From Vicugna vicugna (taxonomy: Eukaryota), in NCBI GenBank assembly GCA_013265495.1, contig MU058781.1, positions 1 through 64,000 of the forward strand: DNA of 64,000 bases. The letters are read 5' to 3'. Both the position numbers and the translations under genes were made by a program. Positions 13,071-26,313 of the stretch are shown here, one piece after another. Positions within the stretch are counted from its first letter, which is position 1; every line of letters begins with the position of its first letter. The notes beneath the pieces are model-generated. The model ran no database searches. It was not told the DNA's origin and was given only the letters and a program-made list of their open reading frames with translations.

Positions 13071-13519
13071 TTTGCTTAAAATTTTTTATTGTGAAATTTA
13101 TTATGTGCACAAAAGAATACATAAAAATTTATGTCAGATGTAAAGAATAAAAATTAAAAAGAGCCATCATGAATCTATTTTCCAGGTCAAGAAATAAAAT
13201 ATTGCTCTGATATTCTTGTCATTTTGATCCTCATTGATTTCATTCTCCTCCCAACCTCTTCTTTCTTCCAAGTAGTAACAGGATCAAAGTTTTGGTGTTC
13301 ATCTTTCCCTTGCTTTTCTTTTTGTTTTCTATCTACATCAATATTATATTGTTGTTTTTACCTGTTTGTGACAATTCTATAATGAAAACAAATTGTATAT
13401 AATTTTTTTCTAACTTGTTTATTTTGTTCAATGTTATATTTTTAAAATTCATCTGTGTTGATGTAAGTAGCTGTAGTTAATTTCTTTTCACTGCTGTATA
13501 ATATTCCATTGTATGAATA

Positions 13520-13998
13520 CAGGCATACTTATTTTGTTGCAATTTGCTTTATCATGCTTCCCAGAAGTTGTGTTTTTTATAAATGAAAGATCTGTGGCAA
13601 CACTCTATCGAGCAAGTCTATTGGCATCATTTTTCCACACTTCGTGTCTCTGTGTCACATTTTGGTAATTCTCACACTATTCCAAACTTTTTAAAATTAT
13701 TATTGTATTTGTTATGGTGATCAGTGATCTTTGGTGCTGCTATTGCAAAAAGATTACAACCTGCTGGAGGATCTGATGATGGTTAGCATTTTTTAGCAAT
13801 AAGATTTTAAAATTAAAGTATGTATATATATATATATTTTTGGCATGATGCTATTGCACACTCCAGGACTACAGTATAATGTAAGCATAACTTTAATATG
13901 CACTGGGAAACAAAAAAACTCATGTGACACTTTATTGTGACATTTGCCTTATTGCTGTGGTCTGGAACCGATCCCGCAGTATCTCCAAGGTATGCCAG
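13520..13998. mobile_element. Internally deleted Tigger1 (Tigger1a-like, TcMar DNA transposon)
   Basis: Terminal inverted repeats caggcatac...gtatgccag flanked by TA duplications (13518-19, 13999-14000); both Tigger1 ends present in 479 bp. Confidence 0.9.
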
Positions 13999-14768
13999 TA
14001 TAACGAATTATTTTTCCATTCTATTGTTGACTGATATTATACCTACTTCAAGTTTTGCAATTATGAGCAATGCTGCTCTGACGATGCTTGTACATACATT
14101 CTGGTGTGCATATGCAAGAGTTTCTCTGAACTGTATACTAATTAGCATTGTTGCTGAATCACAGGGTAGGCACATGTTCAAATTTTTAGGTTAGATCAAG
14201 CTGTTTTCCAAAGTGGTTGTACCAACTTATTTGCCTGTCAGCAGTATGTGGGAGTTTTTGTTGTTCTACATTCTGCCTATGCTGTATTGTCTGAATTTAC
14301 ACGTTTTTCTATTCATGGGTATGAAACAATATTACACTGTGACTAAGTTTTATTTCTCTGATTACTAATGAACATATATATGTATATAAACATACGTATA
14401 TGCTATTGTATTTTACTTCTGTAAAGTGTCTGTCCAAATCTTTTTACATTATGTTGTTTGCCTTTTTCCCTTTGACTCATAGAAATTCTTTGTATATTCT
14501 TAATACAAGTTCTTTTTCAGTTATGTGTGTTACAAGCATCTTCTCCTAGCTTGGAGCTTACCTTTTCACTCTATGGTAGCTTTTAGTCATCAGACATCTT
14601 CAATTCTAATGTAGCTGAGTTTATCAATATTTTTCCTTGTAGATTGTACTTTTTGTGTCTTGTTTAAGAAATGCTTCCTACTATAGGTTATAAATATACT
14701 TTCTTATATTATCTTTTAAAAGTTCTATGCTTTTGTCTCTCGTGTTGATTTTCAGTCAGTGAGTAATT

Positions 14769-14788
14769 TGTGTGTGTGTGTGTATGTG

Positions 14789-14819
<31 letters not shown>
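14769..14819. repeat. Compound (TG)n(AG)n microsatellite
   Basis: Directly visible. Confidence 0.95.
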
Positions 14820-15614
14820 TGGTGAAGGAAATGTAATAACACTTTTTGATAGGAGTAACTAAATAGTCAGCACCTTTTTGAGTAGCTCATCCTTCCCCCA
14901 CTGATAGGAAATTCCAGATCTGTTATAAATCATTATAATCCACTTTGCATAGATTTGTTTCTAGACTTTCTATTCTGCCCCTGTCTATTTGTCTATTTAT
15001 AAATTGTACTTATTTTTGTTTCTTGTACAATTTATTTTATTGTACATATTTTAAAAATTAGTTTTTGATTGTTGCTGGTATAAAGATTTGCAATTAAATT
15101 TTTGTATTTTTTTTTATCCACCAAAATTATTTATACTACTATTGACAGGAACATTTTCTGTAGATGCTTTTGAATTTTCTTTAAGAAAAAAAACTCAATA
15201 ATAACTAACTCATGGTAAGTTTTGTTTCTGTTTTTTTCCAGTTCTTTTGTCTTCTTATTCCTTTCTCATCTTACTACGCTGGCTAGGATAGCCATTAAAT
15301 ATTCAAAATGAGTGGTAATAGCAAGTATCTTTAGACTGCTTTTAACATTTTAGTATCAAATACAATGTTTGATCTCTATATTTTTGTAATATATTTTATT
15401 AGGTTTAGAAAGTTCCTTTTTATCCACAGTTGATATTTTACTTTTCCTAGTAATTAGTTATCACAAATGATGTTGAATTTTATCATTTTTTTTGTAGATA
15501 CTAATATAATCATAGGGTTTAGCTCCATTAATCCATTGATGTTATGAATTACAACAATCAATTTTCTGGTATGAAACTGATCTTGTACTTCTGGGATAAA
15601 CTCAACTTGGTTAT

Positions 15615-16050
15615 TCTTATACATTGAATTTTGTCCCCTAAAATCATATGTTGAAGACTTGACCCTTGGTGACCTTATTTGGAAATAGGGTGCTGTAGAC
15701 ATAATTAAGTCAAGATGAGGTCATTATAGTGAGCCCTAATCCAATATGACTGGTTTCTTTATAAGAGAGGTTAATGCCATGTGAAGACAGAGAGATACAA
15801 TGAGAAGATGGCTGTGTGAAGATGCAGGCAGAAAGTGGAGTTGCTGCCACATGTCAAGGAGTGCCTGGGTCCATCAGAAGCTGGAAGAGGCAAGGAGGGA
15901 TCCTCCCTTAAAGACCCCTCAGGAAGCCTGGGCCTGCTGGCACTTTGGTCTCCGACCTCTAGCCTCCAGAACTGTGAGAGAAAAAATTTCTGTTGTCTTA
16001 GACTGTCCAGTTTGTGGTACTTTATTATAGCAGCCCTAAAAGCTGATACT
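15615..16050 (+). mobile_element. MaLR solo LTR (MLT1B/C-like)
   Basis: gaccttatttggaaataggg...agaagctggaagaggcaagga...cctccagaactgtgagag; 5-bp TSD gttat/gtcat (15610-14, 16051-55). Confidence 0.92.
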
Positions 16051-17899
16051 GTCATGTTTTATTGCTGAATTTGACTTAATAATATTTACTTAATGAATTT
16101 GGCATTAATATTCATGAGTGAGATTGTCTAATATTTTAATCTTGTGTAGTGTGTGTGTTATCATTGTCAAGGTTATGGTAGTCTCATAAAATAAAGTGAG
16201 GGTTATTCCCTCTTTGTGTAACATTAGATTTGCCTTTTCCTTGACTGTTTGGTAGAGGTCCATGTAAAGCCATCTAGGCCTGGTGTTTCATTTGGGGGAA
16301 GAATTTTAGTTATGGATTAATTTCCTTAATGGTAATAGGACTATTCATCTATCTTTTCTTCTTGTGTTAGTTTCAGTAAGTTGCATTTTTAAGGAATCTA
16401 CCCATTTCATCTAGTTTGAAATTTTGGCAGTTCATCTTCTCTATAGTGTATTTGTTTTCTGTATTATTACTCAGGTACCTCATATATTCCTTAGACTTAT
16501 TCTGTTATCATTTTCATAATTGAAATATTTAATGTGACAAATTTCCCACTGTTTACTTCTTTAATCACTATATCCCATAAGTTTTCATTTGTAGTATGTT
16601 TATTATGGAGTCTGAAATATTTTCCAGTGTCACTATAAATTTTCCCTTGACCTATAAGTTATTTAGAGGAGTATTTTTAATTTTCAAATATGTGCTGTTC
16701 CATTAGTTACCATTTTGTAGTACTAAATATTAAGATAATTTCATTGTCATTATGTATAATAAGAATTTTTTAAAATTTGTAGAGGCTAGATTTGTGGTTT
16801 AACACATGATTCACAGTATTCTATAACAGAGACATTTCATGGATGGCTTGTAAAGAATGTATGTATCTTCCCCAGATTTAGAGTACAGTTCCGTATAGTT
16901 CCTATCTTAATGTTATTAATTATGCAGTCATATCTTCTATACCTTTACAGATATTTTATAGACATTATCTCAAAATCTCTCACTATGACTATGGAGTTGA
17001 CAGTTTTAATTTTATATATTTGGAAGCCATATTATTAGAATTTATACAGGTTTATACTCGTATCTTCCTAGTGAACTGAACCTCTTATCAATATTTAGCA
17101 ATCTTTTTATCTCTGATAATATGTTTAGATTTATAGTCTATTTTGTTTGGTGTTAATATGATCATGTAAGACTTCTTTTAACTAGTATTTGCTTGATATA
17201 TCTTTTTTTCATTACTAGACTTTCTAGTTTTCTGTGTTCTTATGTTTTAGGCATGTCTTTTTTATGCAGCATATAATATTTTGTATTTTTAACCTAATTT
17301 GGCCATCTTTGTCTTTGATCTGGAGGGTATAATACATTTACATTTATTGTTCTATTGATATATTAAATTTGGTTAAGCCAGCTTTTGCTTTCCATTATGT
17401 CTTACTATTTCTGTTGTTGTAATCTACTTCCTTGCCTTTTTTTTGATTAATTTTCTTTTTGTTTATTGTTATTCAATTTTTTTCTCCTTAACTTTTTTGG
17501 AAATTACTTGTTATATGTCTGTTTTTCAATATATAACCTATTTTAACATTCATTCTTAACAAAGCCTAAAATTAGTTAATATTTATTCTTTAATTCTGAA
17601 TCATATGAGCATCTTAGAATATATTCATTTAAATCACCAGTTCTGAAATTACATTTAATTGTTGAAAAATATTTTAGTTCTAGCTAAGTGATAAGTTATT
17701 GTTATTTCTACATTTTGTCAGTTTTAAAAAGATTTTTCTCACATGTTTTCTAATATTTTTGCTTATTGAGAATTCTTGTAGATTTTTTCCCAAGATTATT
17801 TCCCTTCTGTTCATAAATTCATGGAATTTTTCTTTATTGAAAATCTTCTCGTGATAAACTCTCTACCTTTTTTTGATATTTTTCCCCAGATGTTTCTGA

Positions 17900-17990
17900 A
17901 TTTTATTTTGTTATTTTTTAATTGATGTATAATTGACACATACATTAGTTTCAGGTGTACAACATAATGACTTAATATTTGTATACCGAT
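17900..17990 (-). mobile_element. Short L1MA-type 3' terminus nested in the older L1
   Basis: ttttttaattgatgtataattgacaca...ttagtttcaggtgtacaacataatgact. Confidence 0.75.
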
Positions 17991-18055
17991 AAGATTGTTA
18001 TTTCTCCATCATTTTTGAAAGATATCTTACCTTGGTACAGAAATGTATGTTGACA

Positions 18056-18905
18056 ATAAAAGACAATATGCTCACAGTGAATGAAAATGTAGTAAATCTC
18101 AAGATACAAATAGAAACTATGAAAAAGAACTAAGTGTAACATCTAGAACATGAAAACACAATATTTGGATTAAAAATAATCCTTTAAAGATCTTAACAAC
18201 ATACATATGAGTTAAAACTTGTCAGCTTACTTGAAAACTGATTAATATGAAGTTTTTAATCTGCAACTCAAAAAGGAAAAAAAAAGAAAAAAATGAACAA
18301 GACTTCGTGAGGCTGCTGTAGCCATCTTGAAATAATAGATGGACTCCCCCCCCCATACACCCAAAATGTGGTTAATATTTCAAGACTTATAGTACCACAC
18401 ACACAGCAGGAGGGTATGGAAAAGTTTATTACTCGTATATCAAGGTTGTTTGGAAGATTCTTGGGCAGATCTGAATAGGATTAATGACAATAAAGAAAGG
18501 GTAATTGTCTGAATCTCTTGCTGGTGTCCAGGGAAGCTTTCTTATCAGCTTTGTCATATGTAGGGCAGAAGAGGAAGAAAGGACTTGGTTTTAAAGCTGT
18601 CAGCAGTGAAACATTATAAAATGGAGGCAGATTTGTATTATATAGACAATATCAGAATGTCTAAAATATATATAATTAGAGTTCAGGAAGCAAGGAGAAA
18701 GAGGATGTGGTAGGAAAAAAAATGTTGGAAGATGTTATGGTCAAAAATGTCCATATTTGCTGAAGGACTTATATATACACATTCAAGAAGCTTGCAAACT
18801 CCAGCAAGATAAGCCCAAAGACAACCACATTGAGTCAAATTGCTGAAAACTGAAAGAAACAAAATCTTAAAAACTGCCAAATCAAAACTTCATGTCTTTC
18901 ATGGG
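18056..18905 (+). mobile_element. L1 ORF1 segment in inverted orientation, split by an LTR
   Basis: atagaaactatgaaaaagaac...gacaatatcag...attcaagaagct...aaaatcttaaaaactgcca are ORF1-like. Confidence 0.75.
18317..18642 (-). mobile_element. ERVL-class solo LTR (LTR52-like)
   Basis: End ctttcttatcagctt...aaagctgtcagcagt...aaaatggaggcagatttgtattata resembles the reverse of the recalled LTR52 start; host L1 ORF1 resumes on both sides. Confidence 0.6.
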
Positions 18906-18938
18906 GCAAATACTTAAGAGTGGGTGAACTGGTCATAT

Positions 18939-19659
18939 TGTATATGAGGTAGGACTCAATCAGGAAAAGAAATCGTAGTAATTTGAGCTGTGGAAGTATA
19001 ACATGAAGAACCATTAAGCTGCAGTGGGAGAGTAACTGTATAGCTGTAAAGGGAACTCTCAAGGGTGCTCTAGAACTGAGGAAGAATATCCACAGGATAA
19101 CATAGTCGGAAGAGCAGGGCCTTGCCCAAAGCTGGAGTTAGATCTCATTGGAGACGTTACTGTTGCAGTGTGCTGGGTGGTGGAGAAGTTCACTGATTTC
19201 CTGTGCCCAGAGCTGGTCCCTAGTTGCCAGGCAAGCAGGAAGCAATGTTCTGGAATACAAGTGAGCCGAAGATGTGGGGCAGGTGCACAGAAGCAGTGGA
19301 ATTACTGTTGTGAGCACAAGGCCTTTAGAACATTGTGTCCACATCCGGAGGGCCGTGGCAAGATACTAGTCTGGCCCAGGCTGTTGCTAAGGGGTTACAT
19401 ATTCTGGGCATACAGCTGGGACATACACCACTGAAAACTATTAATGGTCTGTGCTGCAAAAATAAACAAAACAAAATAAAATAAACAGCTGACCAGAACA
19501 GAGAAGCCCCTTGTTCCTGCAGTGTTTCTCTAGTGCCCTCTAATGACCAAGCTTAACATTGGCTCACTGTGAGGGAGAAATGCTTAAAGACTGTAGCCTA
19601 TTATTATAGAGCAGGTTCTGAAGGATAAAAATTAAGAAGCAGTAAATTGATAACTAGCA
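18939..19659 (-). mobile_element. ERVL solo LTR (LTR41-like)
   Basis: Ends agtaaattgataactagca (reverse of TGTGCCAGTTATCAATTTATTG); interrupts L1 sequence ggtcatat|gtatggtaagtgtatg. Confidence 0.75.
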
Positions 19660-20480
19660 TGTATGGTAAGTGTATGTTTAAATTTCTTAGAAATTGTCAT
19701 ACTGTTTTCTGAAGCATTTGTACTGTTTTGTATTCACACAGTGGTATGAATAGAATTCCAGATGCTCAATGTCCTCAATAATGTCAGACTTTAAATTTCG
19801 TCTATTTTAATGTATGTGTGGTAGTATTAAATTCTGTTTTGATTTGCATCCCTGTAATTATTAATAGCACTGTTACCTGCTTATTTGCCATCCATGTATT
19901 TGCTTTGGTGAAGTGTCAGTCCAGTTTTTTTGCCTGTATTTTGAAATGGATTCTTCATCTTCTTATTGTTAAGTCGTTATTGGTTTTTAATATCCTGTAT
20001 ATAAGCTCTCTGTCAATATATGTTTTGTAGGTATTTTCTCTCAGTCTGTGCTTATCTTTTAACTCATTGTGTTTAAAAGAGCAGATGATTTTAATTTTGA
20101 TAAAGTTTAATATATCAGTTTTATAGGTTTATGCTTTGTCTCTCATTCTAAGAAATTTTTGTTTAATCTAAGTTCACAAATATTTTCTCCCATGTGTTGT
20201 TCTAGACCTAATGCAGCTTTAGCTTTTATATTAGATTATATGGCACAATTTGAATTCACTTCTGAGAGATAATGTTGCAGCTATTTGTTTGTCTGTGCAA
20301 ATGGCTTCAATCATTCCAGCACCTTATGTTGAAAAAAATTTCCCCTCCTCATTGAGTTGCCTTGGTGCCTTTACTGAAAATCAATTGACCATATATACTT
20401 AAGATTATTTGCTGACATTTTGTTAAAGATTTTTGCATATATATTTACCAAGAATATTGGTCTATACTTTTCTTCTCAGT
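19660..20480 (-). mobile_element. Old L1 ORF2 3' region
   Basis: ggtaagtgtatgtttaa...ttgatttgcat...ttatttgccatccatgtat...tgaaaatcaattgaccatat. Confidence 0.85.
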
Positions 20481-20489
20481 TGTTAACTG

Positions 20490-20835
20490 GTGTTGTCAAA
20501 TTGTGAGGTTGGAGAGCACAATCTTCTGCACTGCCAAGTCTTTCCAAGACTGCCAGCATCAACTGCAAGGTCAAGAGGGTTCCCAAGATCAACTTTAGGT
20601 TTTGTAATTGCTAGAACTCACATAACTCACTGAAGGCTATTATGCTTACATTTATGATTTATTAGAGGGAAGGGATACATTAAATTTGCTGAGAAAAGAG
20701 ATGTGTTAGGCAGTGTCTGAGGGGATTCCAAACATGAAGCTCCTGTTGTCCTCAGGATATGTTACCCTCCTAAAGTCAGTGTCTGACAACTCACATGGAT
20801 ACTGACAACCAGGGAAGTTAACCTGAGCTTCTGTT
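20490..20835 (-). mobile_element. MER21-like LTR fragment
   Basis: ccaagactgcc...caactgcaag...ggttcccaagatca...aactcactgaaggct...aagggataca. Confidence 0.75.
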
Positions 20836-20839
20836 TTTG

Positions 20840-23800
20840 TATTTTGTATTTATTTCTCTGTAATTAAAGTGACTTTCTTGTAGACATCGTATAAATAGAG
20901 CTGGTTTTTTAAATCTAATCTGATAATTTCTACATTTTATGTGGAATGTTTAGCCCATTTATATTTATTTTGATCATTATTTCTGTTAGATTAAATGTGC
21001 CTTCTTTCTTGTTTATTTTCTATTTGATAGGTCTATATTTTTGCTCATTTCCCCCTCTTATTTGCCCTCTTTTGAATTAATAGATATTTGTACGATTCAA
21101 TTTCTCACTAACATTGACTTATTACCTTATTTTGTGTGTATGTGTGTGGGGTTGCTCTTGAGTTTGCAGTATACATTTTTAACATAACCCATTCTACCTT
21201 TAAATATATTACATCACTTTACATATAGTCTAAAAATCTTATAACACTGTACTTCCACTTATACTCTACAGTCCTTTGTATTATTTTTGTACATACTATT
21301 CTAAATATTATAAATCTCATATTTCATTTTTTCCCATTAAACTATTAATTGTCTTTTAAAGAGATTTAAAAAGAAACAAGAAAATCTCTTTTATATTTAC
21401 CACATATTTATCATTTCCACTATTCATTCCTTTGTTTAGATCCAAGTTTCCAAGTGGTTTCATTTTATTCTTGCCTGGAGAAATTTCTTTAACATTTCTT
21501 GTAGTGCAGTACTCTGGTGATGATTTTACTCAGCTTCTGTTTGTCTGAAAAATTATTTCTTTCATCTTTATTTTTGAAAATTATTTTCAACGTGTACAGA
21601 ATTCTGGACTGTTTTTCTCTTAATACTTGAAAGATATCTTTCCATTGTCTTTTGACTTGCATAAATTCTGATAAGAATTCTGTTTTCATTCTTTGAGTAA
21701 TTCCTCTGTAAGTAATGCATCATTTTTTCTCTAACTGCTTTTAAAAAGAATTTATCACTGGCTTTCAAGAATTTGATTATGTTGATTATTACCTTGGCAT
21801 ATTGTTTTTGACTTTTCCTCTGCTTGTATTTCATTGAACTTCTTAGATATGTTGGTTTTTAGTTTTAATCATATTTGGCAATTTTTTGTTCATTGTTTCT
21901 CCAAAAATATTTATCTACTTCCCTGTCTTTTCTGGGATTCCATTTTCACATGTGTAACCCTGCTGGATACTGTTCCACAGATCACTGATGCTCTGTTAAT
22001 TTTATTCAATTCTGTTTCTTTTTGTGTTTTACTCTGGATCGTTTTCATTGCTGAATGTTCAGGTTCAATAAAATTTTTCTCTCCAGTCTAAAACCTGTTG
22101 TTAATCCCATCCAGTATGGTTTCCATTTTAGAAATTGTATTTCTCATCCCTAGAGGTTCCACTTGGGTCTCTTTTATATCCTTTATTTCTCTCTTTATTG
22201 TGTTGTGGATCCCTCTATATTCTTGCACATGTAGAGCATATTTATGACATCTGTTTTAAATTCATTTTATGCTATTCTATCATCTGTGTCATTTCTGTGT
22301 CTTATTTTGTTTATTTTATTTTTTTTTGGTTTATGGGTCACATTTTCCTACTTCTTTACATGCATTATAATTTTCTAAAAGTTAAAATAAATTGAATTTT
22401 ATAGAATTTAATTTTTAAAACATCATAAAACTTCTAAAAAAAAAGGAATGTCAGTAGAATGTACTACCTCTGAAAAGGTAGAAATCACTGACCTAGACCA
22501 GAATTGATATTAAAATATTAGATTCATATTAGAGTGCCTCATTTATGTCTATATTATATCTATATTTTCCTCTCATACTTTTTTGCTCACAACATTTTAA
22601 AGAAGAAAATTAATGTAATTTTTTCTCGAATAATTCCACTTCTCCAGGTGGCCTCTACTGATACCATGGGGAGATAGGGAAGTATTACTACTGGCCAGTG
22701 ATGAAGTGTTTGGTTCATGAGTCAGAAGTTCTAACAGCAGCCTGGCATTATTAAAGTGAAGTGAAGATGAGATACTTGATTTGCCCCCCTGAGGAGGGGG
22801 TATGAACCTGAGCCCCACCCCCACCCCCCGCCGTAGTGTTCAGCTAGAATAGAGTGGTGGTTGTATAAAAGTATTTTTGGTAGGCTGCCCTTTCCTGACC
22901 CTTTGGCTAGAGAAAAAGAGCAAGGTTTTCTTGGAGCTTTGTTGTTGTTGTCATCTGTTTACATTTGTTGGCATTTCTGCTTTGCTAGCTTCTTCATCAC
23001 CTAGTCTGGATATATTAAGCAGAAGGAAAACCTAGGGAACTCACTGCTGTGTTGTTCCTTAGGTCCCAAGCTGATCTGCCTTATTCTCTCTGTATTTCAG
23101 AATCTTCTTATGTTTCATTTATAAGTAATGTTCAGGATTTTGTTTTAAGCTGTACCCAGTTGGATGAACAGGGGGCAGTGTCTGTTACATCTTATCCTAG
23201 AACCAGAAAGCAAGCTTGGTAATTTTTTATTGTATGTTGGACACTATGAATTTTGTGTTTGTTGATGTTGAGTTTTTAAAAAAAATCCATTATATATTAC
23301 TTGGATTTGTTCTGGGATGTAATTAAATGACTTTGAAAGAGTTTTGCTATTTCTAAACTTACCTTCAAGGTTTTTTAGGGTTGGTCCAGAGAAATCTTTC
23401 ATCTAAGGTTAGTTTGACATCGTTCCTAATGCAATAACCTCTTTAGGACTTCACCTAATGTCTTGTATGTTGGGATGTCTTTCCCACTGGCTACTGAGAA
23501 AATGAACTAGTCCAAGCCCCTTTTGAGCTTCAGAGGAATAGTTCTTCCTACTCCTTACAGGTGGACCTAGCCCTGATCTTGGCTAATATTCTCACACTTA
23601 CCCACAGGTCATTTCTTAGACAAAATCTGTAGGGGATCCTTCTGTATATCTGTAGAGGGAGCTCGTTCTCTGTCTAGTTCCTTCTTTGATATTAGACCCC
23701 AAATCCTAGCCTTCTTAGTCTCCCTAAACTCTGCACATGTCTCCTTAACTCAGCAAGGGCATGTTTGTGTGTCTCCTTGCCACAGCTTGGAAATTCTTCC

Positions 23801-23960
23801 CAGGCAGTAAGCTGAGAAAAATTTTAAGATTCATCTCCTGTGTTTCTCTGTCGTACAGTGTTTAAAAACTGTGTATCACATATTTTGTCTGGTTTTCTAG
23901 CTGTTAAAGGCAGAGGTAAATCCTCCTCTTCTTAATCCACCTGGTGGGAAGGGAAAGTCC
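20840..23960 (-). mobile_element. Mosaic of ancient L1 (L1MC/MD-type) ORF1 and 5' UTR pieces
   Basis: ORFs 21489..21689 (RQWKDIFQVLREK...RILY...IFKN) and 21568..21834 are L1 ORF1 remnants; L1 5'-terminus-like motifs near 23208 and 23960. Confidence 0.8.
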
Positions 23961-24679
23961 TTCCTTGCTTCTTGCACCATCACTTTCCCCCTTCCTTTCA
24001 ATTTCCTGTAGTTAACCTTTTTTTCCAATTATTTTTCAATTACTGGTACTTTTATTTTAATCTGTATCTATTGATCTATCTATTGATCTGTCATCTATGT
24101 GTGTTTTTTGTTTGTGTTTTTGCCAGAGTGACGTAGTCTAAGGGTTTGATTATTTGAAAATGTCTTTATTAGGCTACTAATCTTGAATGATATTTTAGAT
24201 GAGTGTAAATTTTAGAGTTTCAGTGATTTTACCGTAGCACTTTATATCATTTTATTCCATGTGGTTTTTAGCATTAATTGTTACTAATGAGATATCTGCT
24301 GTCATGTGAACTTAGAGTGTTTTACACAGGCCCACCATATTTAAAATGTCAAGGTAACGTATGACTTTGAAGATGTATTCTTGGCAACTGAAGGTGATGA
24401 AAATTAAGAGATCAATGGAGTGATCATGATATGAAAACACAATGTGTCACAGAGCTATTTAGAATAGTGTAAGATTGTAAAAAATGTAAGTATAAGATGT
24501 AAACATTTCTCTTTAAAGGAGATATACACATAAAATATAATATTGTTATAATGAAAACTTGAAATTAAAATCTGACGTAATATTTATAAAGACTGAAATA
24601 GGTGGAGAGATTTTTCAAATAGAGGACTCAGACAAATTCCTTTATCACTTGTCACTCTAACAATTAGGTAAACATAAAT

Positions 24680-25820
24680 TAAAATGCTTTGAAAAAATCT
24701 CAAGAATAATAACTAATCTTTCAGAAGAAATAGCAAACAAAAAAGGAGACAAATACTGTCCATGCAGAAAACAAAATAGCAAATAAATAGCAAAGGAAGC
24801 ATAAAAACAGGAAAGACAGAACAAGAAGACAAAAGACCAAATACAATATTTATAACAACAAAAATGAATTCATTAAAAACACAAAGACTCAAATTGAATC
24901 AGGCAATGAAAAGAAACAAAACAAAAAAAGAAATCTGGGCTTGAAACATTAAAATCAGACAAAGGCCAGATAATTACGTGAAATAAAGAGAACTCATTCA
25001 GATTGCCAAAGCGAACAATTCATGATGATAAATGTAACATTAATCTTTATGTACTGAATAATCTATCATCAAACTAAACAAAGTAAAGCAATTAAAGTAC
25101 AAGGACGAAATGATAAAAATATTTTAGTCTGAGATTTTAACTACTTTTCCCAGTCTCTGTGGTCAAGTAAATATATAGAGGATCAGGATAATATTATTGA
25201 TAAAATAATAAATACACAGAGAATTTTGTAATGAACAACAGTAAATGTACCTGTTTCTGGGTCATTTGGGTAGTCATCAAAATTGATGATTTAAGAGGCC
25301 AGAAAGAAACATCTGTTTTTTTTAACATTTTTTATTGATTTATAATCATTTTATGATGTGTCAAATTCCAGTGTTCAGCACAATTTTTCAGTCATACGTG
25401 GACATATACACACACGTCACATTTTTTTCTCTGTGAGCTACCGTAAGATTTTGTGTCTATTTCCCTGTGCTATACAGTATAATCTTGTTTATCTATTCTA
25501 CAATTTTGAAATCCCAGTCTATCCCTCTCCACCCTCCGCCCCACCTGGCAACCACAAGTCTGTATTCTATGTCTATGAGTCTATTTCTGTCCTGTATTTA
25601 TGCTTTGGGTTTTTTTGTTTGTTTGTTTTTGTTTTTGTTTTTTAGATTCCACATATGAGCGATCTCATATGGTCTTTTTCTTTCTCTCAGAAAGAAACAT
25701 CTTAATAAATTCCCCCAGGAATAAATATTTTGTCATTAAGAGTAAAAGTGAAAATTAGTAACAAAGATTTAATTCCACTGACAGCTACAACTTAATCATT
25801 TAAAAATCAATTTTGATAGC
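24680..25820 (+). mobile_element. Very old L1/HAL1-like endonuclease-region remnant
   Basis: A-rich decayed ORF2 start (aatctttatgtactgaataa, gagattttaa, caaaattgat...ggccagaaagaaacatct). Confidence 0.55.
25315..25687 (-). mobile_element. Young 5'-truncated L1 (camelid-type) with perfect 15-bp TSD
   Basis: TSD cagaaagaaacatct at 25300-25314 and 25688-25702; poly-T plus L1 3' UTR. Confidence 0.95.
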
Positions 25821-25824
25821 ACTT

Positions 25825-25972
25825 CTGCTTCTTAAACTTCTACATGCATGTAGATCACTTAGGGGATTTTGTTAAAATGAAGATTGGGATGTGGCAGGTC
25901 TAGGGTAGTCTGCATTTCTGACAATTTTCCTAATGTTGCTGGTCCATGGACCACACTTTGAGTCTGGAAAGG
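25825..25972. mobile_element. MER5A-like hAT fossil
   Basis: cttcttaaactt...atcacttagggga...ttgttaaaatg...ctgcatttctgacaa...ggtccatggaccacactttgagt. Confidence 0.8.
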
Positions 25973-25996
25973 ACACTTAAAGTTTTTTTTTTTTTG

Positions 25997-26122
25997 CCCT
26001 GTCCTGCAGATTTTGAACTTTCTAGCCTCAATTGTGTGAACCAATTCTTTAGAGTAAATCTTTTTCTATATATGTACCCATCCTGTTGATTTTGTTTCTC
26101 TGGAGAGCCCTGAATAATAAAC
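25997..26122 (+). mobile_element. MLT2 LTR 3' fragment
   Basis: cctgcagattttgaact...ccaattctt...tcctgttgattttgtttctctggagagccctga. Confidence 0.8.
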
Positions 26123-26129
26123 TGTGACA

Positions 26130-26313
26130 CTCTCCATGCTATGTTGTTCCTTGGCTGCATGGCTAGAAGCAAAGATCTCCAGAGATGATGGAGCCACATG
26201 ATGGAAGGCATTTGGATCCCTCAGTCACCACGGAAGGCACGGTGCCCAGCATCATGTGACCTGTATCAGACTGTACAGGCTAGAAATATATATTCTTCTG
26301 TTAAGTCACTGGG
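26130..26313 (+). mobile_element. MLT1J-like LTR fragment
   Basis: gatggagccacatgatggaagg...ggatccctcagtcacc...tgttaagtcactg. Confidence 0.7.

Larger units (their letters stand above)
13075..18055 (-). mobile_element. Ancient L1ME-type element (3' UTR, ORF2, ORF1 C-terminus), interrupted by nested insertions
   Basis: Colinear decayed L1 sequence resumes across the Tigger and MLT1 insertions; ORF 15454..15702 contains QVEFIPEVQDQF (RT QVGFIPGMQGWF). Confidence 0.85.
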
